64,000 nucleotides of DNA from Zootoca vivipara (lineage: Eukaryota): assembly GCF_963506605.1 (NCBI RefSeq), contig NC_083277.1:58032001-58096000 (forward strand), given 5' to 3'. Position 1 is the stretch's first letter; each line of letters opens with the position of its first letter. This document shows positions 25,329-35,894 of this stretch, one piece after another. The notes beneath the pieces were generated by a model. That model was not told where the DNA came from. It ran no database searches and worked only from the letters and a program-made list of their open reading frames with translations. Both the position numbers and the translations under genes were made by a program.

Positions 25329-25599
25329 AAAATGCTCAGAGCCAAAGAGCCAAGACTCATAGGGCCTAAAACCAAAGACTAATGGGGTGAAATCCTTACT
25401 GGGCAACTCCTTTCAAAAACAGACAAAAGGGAATGTTGTGCATGCGCATTCACACATCACATATGTACTGAAGAGAAAGGAATCTTATTCCATTCGCTTA
25501 TTTGGAGGTTCTAATGTGGAAAGGGGGGGTCACCCCACAGCTGAAGTCACCATGTCCCAAAGGCCTGGAATTGGGCGGGTGGGCGTGGGCAGCTGCAGG

Positions 25600-27400
25600 G
25601 GATGGGCGGGGGGATGCGTTCCCCTCAAAGGATTTCCACCATTAGCCAGGAGGAACCGCTTGAATTCTGCCCCGTTGAGGGCAGGGCAGCCAACTTTTCA
25701 AAATACTTCTCTCCACCCCCGCGCCCCCGGCTTTTTTGAGCCTTTAATACCTGGCGCACCAGCAAGCAGGCGGTGCTGTGTTTTAAATGGCTGCGTTTGA
25801 GCTCCTCTTAAACGCCTAGGCGGGACAGTCCGTCCTAGAACAACCCTAAACGGAGAGGCGAGGGCTGCGGCGCCTTTCTCAGGCGCCTTTCTCCGAGAGC
25901 AATTGCACGAGCCTGCCCGCGAGAGAGCAGAGCTAAGCGGCCTTGAAAGGCGCTCTCTCCCGCCCGCCGGCGCTTTCGAGACTTCTGCTCTCCACTGCCG
26001 GCCCTCTCCTTTTCCGGCGAGTTCCATAGCATTCCCGCCGGTTACCGGTACCCAGCGAGCAGTCCCTCCACTCCCGCAGATCGAGGGGCGCGTGCTTTTG
26101 ACGCATTACGGGCGCAGCCGTCGGAAGCCCTCCGGAGGGGCCGAGGCTTTTAGGAGCAATACGGTCTTCTACCCGAGCTTCTCTCTCTCCCTTGCCCGTA
26201 GGTGCAGATGGAGACCGCTGCGGACGAGCCCACTTCCTCTGGAGGGGGAGGCTGCTGCTGCTGCTGCTGCCCTCGCTGCCGCTTCTCCTCCTCCTCCTCC
26301 TCTTCGACGAGCTGAGCACAGCGGCCGGTTCCATCGGGGGAGCTGTCTGGGGGGAAGGGGCTGGGAAGCCGAGGCGCGCGGTGGCGAGCAGGAGGCGGAT
26401 CCAAGAGAACGGGCCCGAGCCGGGACCTCCGAGGAGGAGGACTGAGCCCGCGGGGCTCCCAGCGCCCGGCTATGCGAGGTGGCTGAGTTGGCGGCGGGGG
26501 AGAGGAGGTTCGGGTGCCGTCAGGTAAGCGGGGCGGTCAAGCGGGGCGGGCGCTCTGCACCTGCAAGGCCGGCGGTGATTCGCGGGCTTCTTTCGCAATC
26601 CTCGCCGGGAGAGGCAGGCGGCTGGCCGGGGATGAGGCAGCTGGGAGGCGGAGGCTGCGGGAGGAAGCGGAGGTAACTGCAGGAGCCGCTTGCACCGGGG
26701 AAAGGCGGAATGGACGGAGCCGGTGTGTGCGTGTGTGTGAACGCTCTCTCTCTTTCTCTCCTTGGAACCGGGGGTGTGGAAGCGGGCGAGCCGAGCCGTA
26801 GGCAGAAACGGATCGGGAGCCGCGGGCGCTCTTACCCCGGCGATCGGGGCCTGAAGGGCGGGTCCCGCTTGCAGGGGTGATGTAGGGAGCAGTTCCTTTC
26901 CGCGGGGGCTTGTTGGGGGACGAAGAGAGGAGGGCGTTCCCCCATTCCCGGGGCGGCTTGCCTCTGGCGCTTGAGTATAGTGCAGCGTAGGCTGCTAGGG
27001 AGCCCGAGCGGCAGCAGGCTCCTTTGTTCTGGGGTTACGGATTGGGACATACAGCGAGAGAATTATGGGGCTGTGTCGTCGTCTTCCCTCTCCACCTCCA
27101 CCCCCTCCGAACGCATGCATTGGCCGATTACTTAAGATCCCTGGAGATGTCCTTTGCAGATCCCCTGGCTGCAGGAGAGGCTGTTGCTTGTGCAGCGTCT
27201 AGGCCGGGGGAGCAGCGGGAATGTCGTGGCTGCCTAGCGGAAGGGCTGTTGTGTTTAGGGAGGGCGTAGGGACCGCCTGGAGTTGCGCTGGGCCTGGAGT
27301 GGCGGCGGGGACCTGCCTTGGCCATTTGGGCGACGGAGGAGGGGCGATTAGTCGCGCCTGGACTTGGTGTTGGGCGACCCAGTAATGTCAAGCGCACTCA
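25600..27400 (+). promoter_or_regulatory. CpG island promoter with probable non-coding first exon ending at 26523 (gene divergent from CDHR2, RNF44 candidate by synteny)
   Basis: Very GC/CpG-rich, GC boxes, YY1-like aaatggctgc near 25785, strong donor CAG|GTAAGC at 26523/26524. Gene identity rests only on the recalled human head-to-head RNF44-CDHR2 arrangement. Confidence 0.75.
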
Positions 27401-29064
27401 AGGGGCCTGTTGTGTTGGGCGTGGCATGGACCGCCACTGTGAAATTCCCACCACCACCCACTTTACCGATTTAACGCAATGCATTGCTTGGCTCTGGGCT
27501 GCAAATCTCATTGGGATCACTTAGAAGGCTTTGCAGTAAGTGTGAACTCTTGGCGTGACTACTGGGGTCGGGCGGGGGTGGGTGGGATCGGTGCCAGTAA
27601 AGTTTTTGTACACCAGCACCGTGTGTGTGTAGATTGTAAAACACCGCAGGGAAGGACTCCCCTACAGACACATCTTTCATTTATTTATACGCTGTTACAG
27701 TGACTTACGAGGCCAGTGCTGTGTGCATTTGGTACCTTTGTCTATGTTAACACTAATGAACTGATGCAATGAAGTCTCTTCTGGAGTTTGATAAATGTTT
27801 AGCTCTGCCTCCCCATCCCCTTTTCCTCTTGGATACTGGCAGAGGTGCGAATGCTTTTGCCTGCCTTCTGTACTGCATCATATAGATGTAGATTTTCTTC
27901 TTAACATGAAGGCACAAGTTAACAGAACCTCATATTCTACTCTTCTGGCAAAGAGCGAGAGCTGTAACTTGCATGATGGGATTTGTAGTTCAAGGTGTTT
28001 GCTGTTGTATTTTATAGATTCCTATTTGGCACCTTTTTTAATGGGGGGGAGGGTGTATTTTCAGCTGAGCAAGGGCTGAAGGGCCAGCAACATTGGCCTT
28101 GCTCACTGATTCACTAGTATACCAGGTGCTGGGCTCTTTAACCCTCTATTTCTCCCAGTGAAAGCAGCACTAATGGCTTTGGCAAAGTCCTATCCTTAAA
28201 TAAGTATCTCAACTCTACACTCCTATATTGAAGCCAAGGTAACAGGAAAATGGTACAGAACAGCTTAGGTGCATAATCAGGAGGCTGTACCCAAATCTCT
28301 CATTTAATGCTGTTATTATTTTTCGAGTATGTATAGCACTGCTCTCTATCTGTGTGTGTGTTTTTAAAAAGTAAACTGTACATGCAAAAAAGGGAGCAGA
28401 ATGTGACTAGTAATTGCAGTCCCCCCCAACAAATAAATCACCAAGGAGTTGGATGGCACAGAATCATATGCTGCAATTACAAAGCCGGTATCATTGCTGT
28501 GATTTTGGAAAGAGGATCCCCCCCTTGTGCTTACCCACTTCCAATTTGTACTTTGCCCCCCCTCCCAAAAAAATATGGTGACCTGTGTCAGGCTTTGAGA
28601 AAATATGGAAGAGATAAAAATGGGAATAGTAGAACTGTGTAAGTTTTGATATGACACATGAAGACTAGTGGCAAGTTACTAGTGGAGGACTGGGCATCCT
28701 AGAATTGGGTGGCTAATCTGTGCCTCTCCAGATGTTGTTGGACTACAGCTCCCACCAGTCCAGCCACCAGGTACCAATGGGCAGGAAACTGTAGTCCAGC
28801 AACATCTGGAGGGCTGCAGGTTCCCCGTCCCTGTACTAGATAGAAAGTTGAGCATGCTGCGGAAAAGCCAAAGGCATACTGGCTGAAATTCCCCTCGTGA
28901 CAGTAAAGTGGTTTGTTCAATATTTCTCTGTTGCTCGGTTGTGGCATCATTTGGCAGCAGTGAGGCCTTGCCATATTTTACGAGAATTTGCAGAGGAGTA
29001 GCTGGGTTAATCCATTGCAGCAAAATGAACAGACACTCCCGAGACATCATAAAGACTAACAAAC

Positions 29065-29899
29065 TGTTAGGGCAAAATTCTGGGTGCGAGAATGCTCAGC
29101 CACCCAGCTCATCAGGCAAGGGCCTGTGGTCGTTGCGGAGTATAAAAGGAAGGAGTCCAGCCATGATCCGGAGCAAACAGCAAGGTTTATTACTGCGCAG
29201 CAGGTTCAATGCCAGACTGAACACTGTGAACAGGGCTGCAAGAACTTTTAAAACTTCCCACCACCATCCCATAATGCACATCGAAAGCATCATACATACA
29301 TCACTTGTGACAGGGTAAAAGGTCAGAAAAGGGGAAGGTGCAAGGGGCATTAGCATACAGGTAAACAGGAGGTAAGCAGGATTAGCATAAGGATGTCCCA
29401 GGACATTGTTAAGCAAGTACCAGTAAGTATCTGGGAAGGGATCCTTGAGTACCTGGTGGGGGGAAACAATGGGTCCAGTTGTGTGTATTGCCTCTGGCTT
29501 CGGAGGGTTGGGAATGGCAGGAGATGGTACCTGAATGGATTATGGATATGCAGAGGAGCACCACCCTGGCTACCTGACCTCTTGCTTAAGGGATTATGGC
29601 TGTTCCCTGCATCCCTGAGAGCCCTTGGCCAGAGTCGCAAAAAGGAGGTTTCATTTAGAAATAAAGATACACTGTATTCATTCATAAAGAAATATGGTTA
29701 CATAGAGTCTCAGGCAACAGAGAAAGGGTAGGAAAGGGAGCCTTTATTACTCAGGGCTTGATCTTGAGGGGTTCGTGTTGGTGCGATACTAGAGTGGTGT
29801 TGTAGGATCAAATGGGGTCCCCTTGAGGGCATTAGTGCCAATCTTGATTCCCAAATGAAGCCTCGTTTGGGTGCCCCCCCCCTATAAAATTCCCTAACA
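29065..29899 (-). repeat. 3' LTR
   Basis: Direct repeat of 37874-38708 (offset 8809), 8-bp terminal inverted repeats, minus-strand AATAAA near 29185-29190. Confidence 0.97.
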
Positions 29900-29910
29900 G
29901 TCCCCCATTC
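29900..29910 (-). other. Polypurine tract (short, GAATGGGGGAC)
   Basis: Purine-rich run directly 5' of the 3' LTR on the minus strand. Confidence 0.6.
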
Positions 29911-30023
29911 GGAGATAGATTCGTGACCCAGTTCTGAAAGAACAACGAATCTTTTCTCCGCTCCTTCCTGCCCTTCCCTGGGGTCCTGGGTGCCAAAGCT
30001 CTGTGATCTGGTATTCTCCTTCC

Positions 30024-31348
30024 TCAAGTGTCGCATCTGAACATATTCTGGGAAGAGGGTACGGTGCTGAGAATAAGTTCTTTAGGGAAAGAGATTTGAG
30101 GGGTTTGTGTCAGGGAAGAAGCGGAACAGGGAACAACAAGGGTTAATACAATGCATGGCACAACAAAACACAGGTACACATAAACTAAAACAATTCCTTT
30201 AAATAACCATCCTAGGTTGGGGGGGGGGGCAGCCCCATATGTCAAAGTCCGAAAGTCCTTCATGTTGAATAGCTTCCAGTTGTCCAGCCAACTTATGGAT
30301 ATTGTTCAAGTATCCCGGAATATGTAGAGTCTGGTCTGTGACATACGTGCAGCACTCAGAGTTGATCAGGGCACAAGTCCCGCCCTCACTGGACAATAAA
30401 GAGTCCGTAGCAATTCGGTTCTGTTCTGTTCTGCCTTCTGCATGAATTTTAAAAGTACGCCTGTAAGTTTAAGATGTCTACATGGTTGGAGCTAGCTCCA
30501 TACACAGGGAATAGTGCCCTGCCCCATGTTTCCCTATTGGCAGCCACGTCAGAGAGTTTGGGGAGGGATTTTGATTTTCCCTTATTCCTTTTCCTTCCCG
30601 CCGGTAAGTCGCGAGTGATAAAGCAAATCAGGTTCAAGAAAAGTTGGATCTGCTCCGAGCTGGCATGGGGCTGTACTGGTAGGGTGTGGGGGTTAGGAGT
30701 TTAAGAGGGTTATGTCCTTTGCAATCTCCCCGCAGCGCTGTGGTCCGGTGTGGTCCCATACTGGAGAGGTGGGTGAAGGGCCTATGGGGTGGTACCAACC
30801 CTCAAGGTACTCTTCCCCCTTTCCAGCCCTCTGTGTGTCCAGGATTCCACAGGCAGCAAAATCGCCTCAAACAAATCCCTTGTAGTTGGGGCTTTGAAAG
30901 TTTTGGGGTCAAGAGGAGGCACTGGAACCCAAACATTAGGTTTTCCGTTTGGTGTTGCTTGTCAGTATAAACATGCACAGCCCCTCCCTGCTCTATTTCT
31001 GTCCAATTTGGGTGGCGAAGGGCCTCACCTTGTCCATAGAGGAGGTACGATCCATTAGCACAGTCCATATGGTAGTATTGTTGTTCCATGGAAAGGTTGG
31101 CATATAGAGAGTTCCCAGTACTGAGTCCCAGTGATTTTAGGCACCAGCGAGTGACGTAGTAAGGTTTGGGAACCCGGGTGACAGAAGTTGAAATCCCCCA
31201 TTCGGTCAGGGTTGTGGTCGCCCCCTAGGTCTACAGTGTGGTAGTCGAGGAAGTGGCAGTCAGCTTGCAGTCTGGAGCATTGGTCCGACAGGACCAAGGC
31301 AGGTTGAGAGCAGAAGAACAGGGTAAGGAGGTAAAGGATGGGACCCAT
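30024..31348 (-). pseudogene. env: Retroviral env pseudogene (gamma-type TM), multiple frameshifts and stops
   Basis: Signal peptide MGPILYLLTLFFCSQPALVLS, basic cleavage-like RKRNKGKSKS, fusion-like WGRALFPVYG, ISD plus CX6CC (QNRIATDSLLSSEGGTCALINSECC) and hydrophobic anchor (GWLFKGIVLVYVYLCFVVPCIV), spread over at least five frame segments. Confidence 0.92.
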
Positions 31349-31374
31349 GTTCAGTTCAACGTGGAGCGACAAAC

Positions 31375-31570
31375 AACTGACAGCTGTCAAAGCATGAGTT
31401 GTCAAACGAAGCGATGAGTGAGCGGCTGACAGCTGTCAAAGCAGGAACTGTCAAAACAAAGCGACGAGTGAGCGGCTGAAGCGACGGTAGGAAGCAGGAG
31501 CGAAGCGAAGGCTGAAGCGACTGCAGGAAGGCTGAAGCGACGGCATGAAGGCTGAAGATAGACGGCAGGA
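31375..31570. repeat. Short tandem repeats between the pol relic and env
   Basis: 49-bp duplication containing TGACAGCTGTCA, followed by repeated ggctgaagcgac units. Confidence 0.85.
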
Positions 31571-31645
31571 ACTATTCACGTCTTAGGCGCAATTTGATGG
31601 TGTTGGGGTCTGGAACTATCTCCGAGGTCCAGATGTCCAAAGCGG

Positions 31646-31880
31646 TTTAGAGGAGATCCTGGTCTGGTCCGGTCTGTTGGGCCCGATCTTGGTCCCGATT
31701 CAGGTCCGGTACTGTTTTCTTACACCTAGTGTGATGCAGCCAAGAGTTCTTCTCCCCTATTTTAGAGCAGTGGGTGAGGTGAGGAGAACTTGAGATGGTC
31801 CCTCCCAAGGTGGTCAAAGTGGCTGCTTCTGGTACACTTTAACTGAAATCCAGTCTCCAGACTTCATGGATTCTGAAGCC
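31646..31880 (-). pseudogene. pol: Integrase C-terminal (GPY/F-like) relic of pol
   Basis: Translates to SGDWISVKVYQKQPL*PPWEGPSQVLLTSPTALK / GEKNSWLHHTRCKK with one stop and a 1-bp frameshift. Matches the gamma-type WxGPxxVLLTxPTA...WxH motif. Confidence 0.85.
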
Positions 31881-34800
31881 TCTTTTTTTGGTCAAATGAG
31901 TTAAAACAATTAAAAAAGATGTGTAGAGAAGGTTGGCACACTGCAGAGTGCCAGGTGGGACAAGAATATGTGGTGATAAGTTGGTCTAACTTAATAAATT
32001 GGTCTTAACAATAGCCTGATCTACTGGAAAGTATAAAAATGCATGAGAACCCTCCAATGGGGTAAAAGCAAAAGTATGGTAAACATAAAAACAATTACAC
32101 AAAAACTGTGATCCCCCCTCCCCCCATGGAAATAACACACTATCAGACATAGTTCAGCAATTCTACATAATAACACATAATATACACAACATACAATTAT
32201 TAATTCCACCCCAGTTGGATGTATTTGAGGAAATCTGTGGTTTTGAGGCAGTTCTTGCCTTTTTCACACATCTTTAGCCATTTGGCACATTTGCTTGAGG
32301 TTAGAAAGGGACAGAAAATGTCCTTACAATTCATCTCCCCCCCCCTTTTTGTCAGTCCATATCCTTTTGGAATGTGATTGTTGTGGCCAGAGTCTTCTTG
32401 GGAAGCTGTAAACAATAAAATCTTAATGCATTTAAGTATTTTATTCATCGCCTTTCTATATAGTTACTACTGTTATTACCTGCTAAGTTTGTTTGGTTCT
32501 TTTGCTAAAAGAGAACTTTATGAAGATAACTTAAAGGTGCTACCTGACAGAATGCAGTTACAAAACAATACTGTATTTGGAAGTACTTAGGTTAATTTCA
32601 TAGACATAATGGAAAAATAAATAAATAAATGAAAGCAGATTATTTGCAACCTAAAAAGAAGCATCAAAGCCCAAAACAGAGGGAAGTCAACTTTATATAG
32701 CAGGGGGGAAGAATGCCTGTAAGGGAAGAAAGACTAAAAGAATAAAAGGGATTACTGTTTGTATCTCCTCTCTTTTTTTTTTTTTTTTGCTGTGGAAGAA
32801 AACAAGAGGCAAAATACACCAGGATTAATACCAGTATATGGTAGAGGTAAATGTGAGATTAGTACATCTCAAGGAAGCATTTACTGACGAAGCATTTGCC
32901 CAGTGACCAGAAGATAGCAATTTTCTATTAATTTACAAGTGTGGAGGGGGCGTCCCCCCTTTTGTGTAAATAACATACTGTCAGACGTACAGTAGTTCAA
33001 TGTTTTTGTTGAATATCACACAACGTAAATTATATATCAGTTGTATGTCTTGAGGTCATCAAGTGAGCTTGAGACAATTCTGGCTGCTTTTAAATCCTAG
33101 GGCACAGAGTCTTGAGGTCGAAGAGAGAAAATATCCTTGTAATTCATCATAGTTAAGCATTTTATTCATTTAAATATTATTATTATCATTTATATTTAAT
33201 TACTGCTGTTATTGTCTACTCAGTCTGTTTAGTTTACTTCACCTAGTTTGGCTGTGGAGGAAACAAAGGACAAAAATGTTGTTAATTAGGACACAATTGA
33301 TAAGTTATTAACATTTTCCTTATGTGGTTCTGAATTCTCTTTGAGGTTCGCGTATCCTGTTTGAAAGGGACTATTATTACTATTATTATTTACAGGAAAG
33401 AATGACTTAGATGCTACATTCGTATGTACAGGAAGAAAAGGTAGAAATGCAAAAAAATTGCATAAATAAAACAAAATGATATTTAGATTACCACTCAAAC
33501 AACATTTTTTTCAGATGGACTGGACACAAAGATATCAGATTAAAAGGAAAAAGTTACTATCAATTAATACGAAGACATTATAAAGACCACACATGTTAAT
33601 ATTGGACTGTAACCTTAAAGATTTGAAGGTGAATGGGAAAATAATGGAAAACTGATTTAATAAATGGAAGCTAGGAAAAGGACCCATACGTCACAGAAGG
33701 GGTGTAGCCCAAGACCGCCCTCCCTAGATTCATCATAGGTACATCATGAAAGGGGAGGTCTGGTAGCAGTAATCTGAGCAGTCTGGACCCTGCCCCCTGC
33801 CCCCAAAACCCAATCAACAAGAGATATTTACATTTCCCTGTTTCCCAGCCAAGTTAATCACACCCTTTTGTCTGGCACTCGGGTATCAGGATGCCAGGGA
33901 TTACCTGAGACAATGAGAAGGTTCCCCCCACCCCCTTCTTCCTTGCAGAGGAACACCTGCTCAGAGAGTCAAAATGGTGTCAGTCAGGCCTGTCTTCCTG
34001 TGCTGCTTCAGACATGTGCCTGTACATTCATGTACATGTTTTATGAACAATTATTATATATGTGACCTTAAAATTCTTATAACAGAGCCTTAGTTTGCAT
34101 AGTCTGTCTGTCAACTGGGTGGATCTGACCATCAGGGTAGTATGAAGAGAAGACAGCTATTTTCTATGAATTTCCAAGTGTGAAGGGCGCTTTACATTAA
34201 GAAATTTGAATAATATTTCATGTGCAGAGTATAACCTTGACACCTCTTAAGTTACAACCTTCTTTTTCTCCTCTCTTTCTCTTCAAGCTGACATAGTCTC
34301 TGTGCATGTACAGAGTTCATGATTTAGAAATCCATTGTACCAATTGAAAGTGTTGCAGCTGTTGGCTAAGTCACCATTTGAATAGAGGAAGGGAAGGGTG
34401 AATAGGTTAGATTTTACCCAGAAACCCAGCAATTTACACTTCCACCAAACCAGCAACAAAAGTGGTCAAATTAAATTCTTTGGTAAGTTTAAATCCATTT
34501 CTTTAGCCTTTGTGTCCTGAGATATTTCTGACCTCTTATTTCCTGTTCCTTGCTGCTTAGGAGGCAGGCTTATAAATCTTAAACTTTAAATATATAAAAC
34601 TTCAATATCCAGACAACGCAATATTTTCACCAGAAAGCTGCAAGAAAAGTTTGGTCAAATTAAACTCCTTAATGAAGTCATGGCACTAATTAGCCATGTT
34701 TACTGTACTATATAAACATCTCATACCCCAGGCAAAAGAAATCTAGATTTGCCCCCTTTATCTACAGGGTTTTTGGGGTGCAGACTTTTATTCAAAATAT

Positions 34801-35627
34801 TTCACAAATGTGGATTATTATTATTAGTGTGCTTTCCCTCTAGTCATTAGCGGAACAATGACCCGCCCCCTTATGTACGGGTAAATGACCAGTCAGAATT
34901 CATAAATTGCAAATGTTTGTTTGTTTTAAATAACTTCAGCCATGGGCAGACTAAAATTCCCTGCCCCCTCATATATGGGAAAATGGCTACAGGGTCACAA
35001 TTCATAAGATATATTCTGCCATTTATTTACAAGGGGAAATGGTCAAGACTTTTATATGTGCTTAAACTTTAAACCTTAATAGACAAAATGGTAAAACTCA
35101 TATAATCACTCCTTAAAAAAGACACTCTTGTTCTAACTCTGAAAACCAATAATCTTTCCTTGCCAGAAAGCAGAGCTGGGCTGAATTTCAACCCATCACC
35201 ACATCAGACACATTGCCTTTCACATAGCTCTAAAATGGGAGTTAGAAGGGACCCTGTGGTCATTTAGTCTAACCCTCTAAGATACAGGATCCACAAGATT
35301 TGAATTAAAATACCAACTTTATACAGAACCCTTTAGCAGATGAGTTTTTCCTTAAGAGGTTATATCAGGAGCCCAACACAATTGAAGTTAAAACTAGACT
35401 CAGATAGACAATTCCTGGCTAAGGAAGCTCTACTTTTGACAAACAAATCACCTTTATAGGAATAGCTGTTCAATTTTCCTTTAGTCAATATTCCTCTAGT
35501 CACTTGAAGAAAGACTCCCCTTTTGAGCCTCTCTCAATAACAAACATTTGCACACCTCATGAAGTGAACATTTTCAAGTTTCAAAATATTTTCAAAGTAT
35601 TGAGCAAGCATTTTCAAGGTTACTTAC

Positions 35628-35894
35628 AAACACATTCTCTTTCTCTCCTACCTACCTAGCACCTTCGCATCACATACAACATACAATTTCAGACACATTC
35701 TCTCTCTCTCTCCTTCTACCTACCTAGCACCTTCACATCACATACAAAATGTAATTTCAAACACATTCTCTCTCTCTCTCCTTCTACCTACCTAGCACCT
35801 TCACATCACATACAAAATGCAATTTCAAACACATTCTCTCTCTCTCTCCTTCCACCTACCTAGCACTTTCATATCACATACAACATACAATTTC
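35628..35894. repeat. Minisatellite, 4 copies of 63-68 bp inside the ERV
   Basis: Unit aaacacattctctctctctctccttctacctacctagcaccttcacatcacatacaaaatgcaatttc, starting at 35628, 35691, 35759 and 35827. Confidence 0.92.

Noticed and set aside
25698-27524. Many ORFs in the CpG islands (also 56913..57602)
   Set aside because: Expected from stop-codon scarcity in GC-rich DNA; low complexity and no homology recognised.
29065-29125. CTGATGA followed by a hairpin in LTR U5 (minus strand) as a hammerhead ribozyme
   Set aside because: The hairpin ctgggtg...cacccag is real, but there is no GAAA, stem III or stem I. More likely an ordinary U5 stem-loop.
29096-29731. Duplicated 106-112 aa ORFs in the LTRs as accessory genes (sag- or nef-like)
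   Set aside because: They overlap on both strands with no recognisable motif, and the duplication just reflects LTR identity. Cannot be fully excluded without family-level dN/dS.
33710-33762. Imperfect hairpin as a viral pre-miRNA
   Set aside because: The stem is short and interrupted, and there is no supporting evidence.
35628-35894. CRISPR-like array
   Set aside because: The units are contiguous with no unique spacers, and the context is vertebrate. It is a minisatellite.
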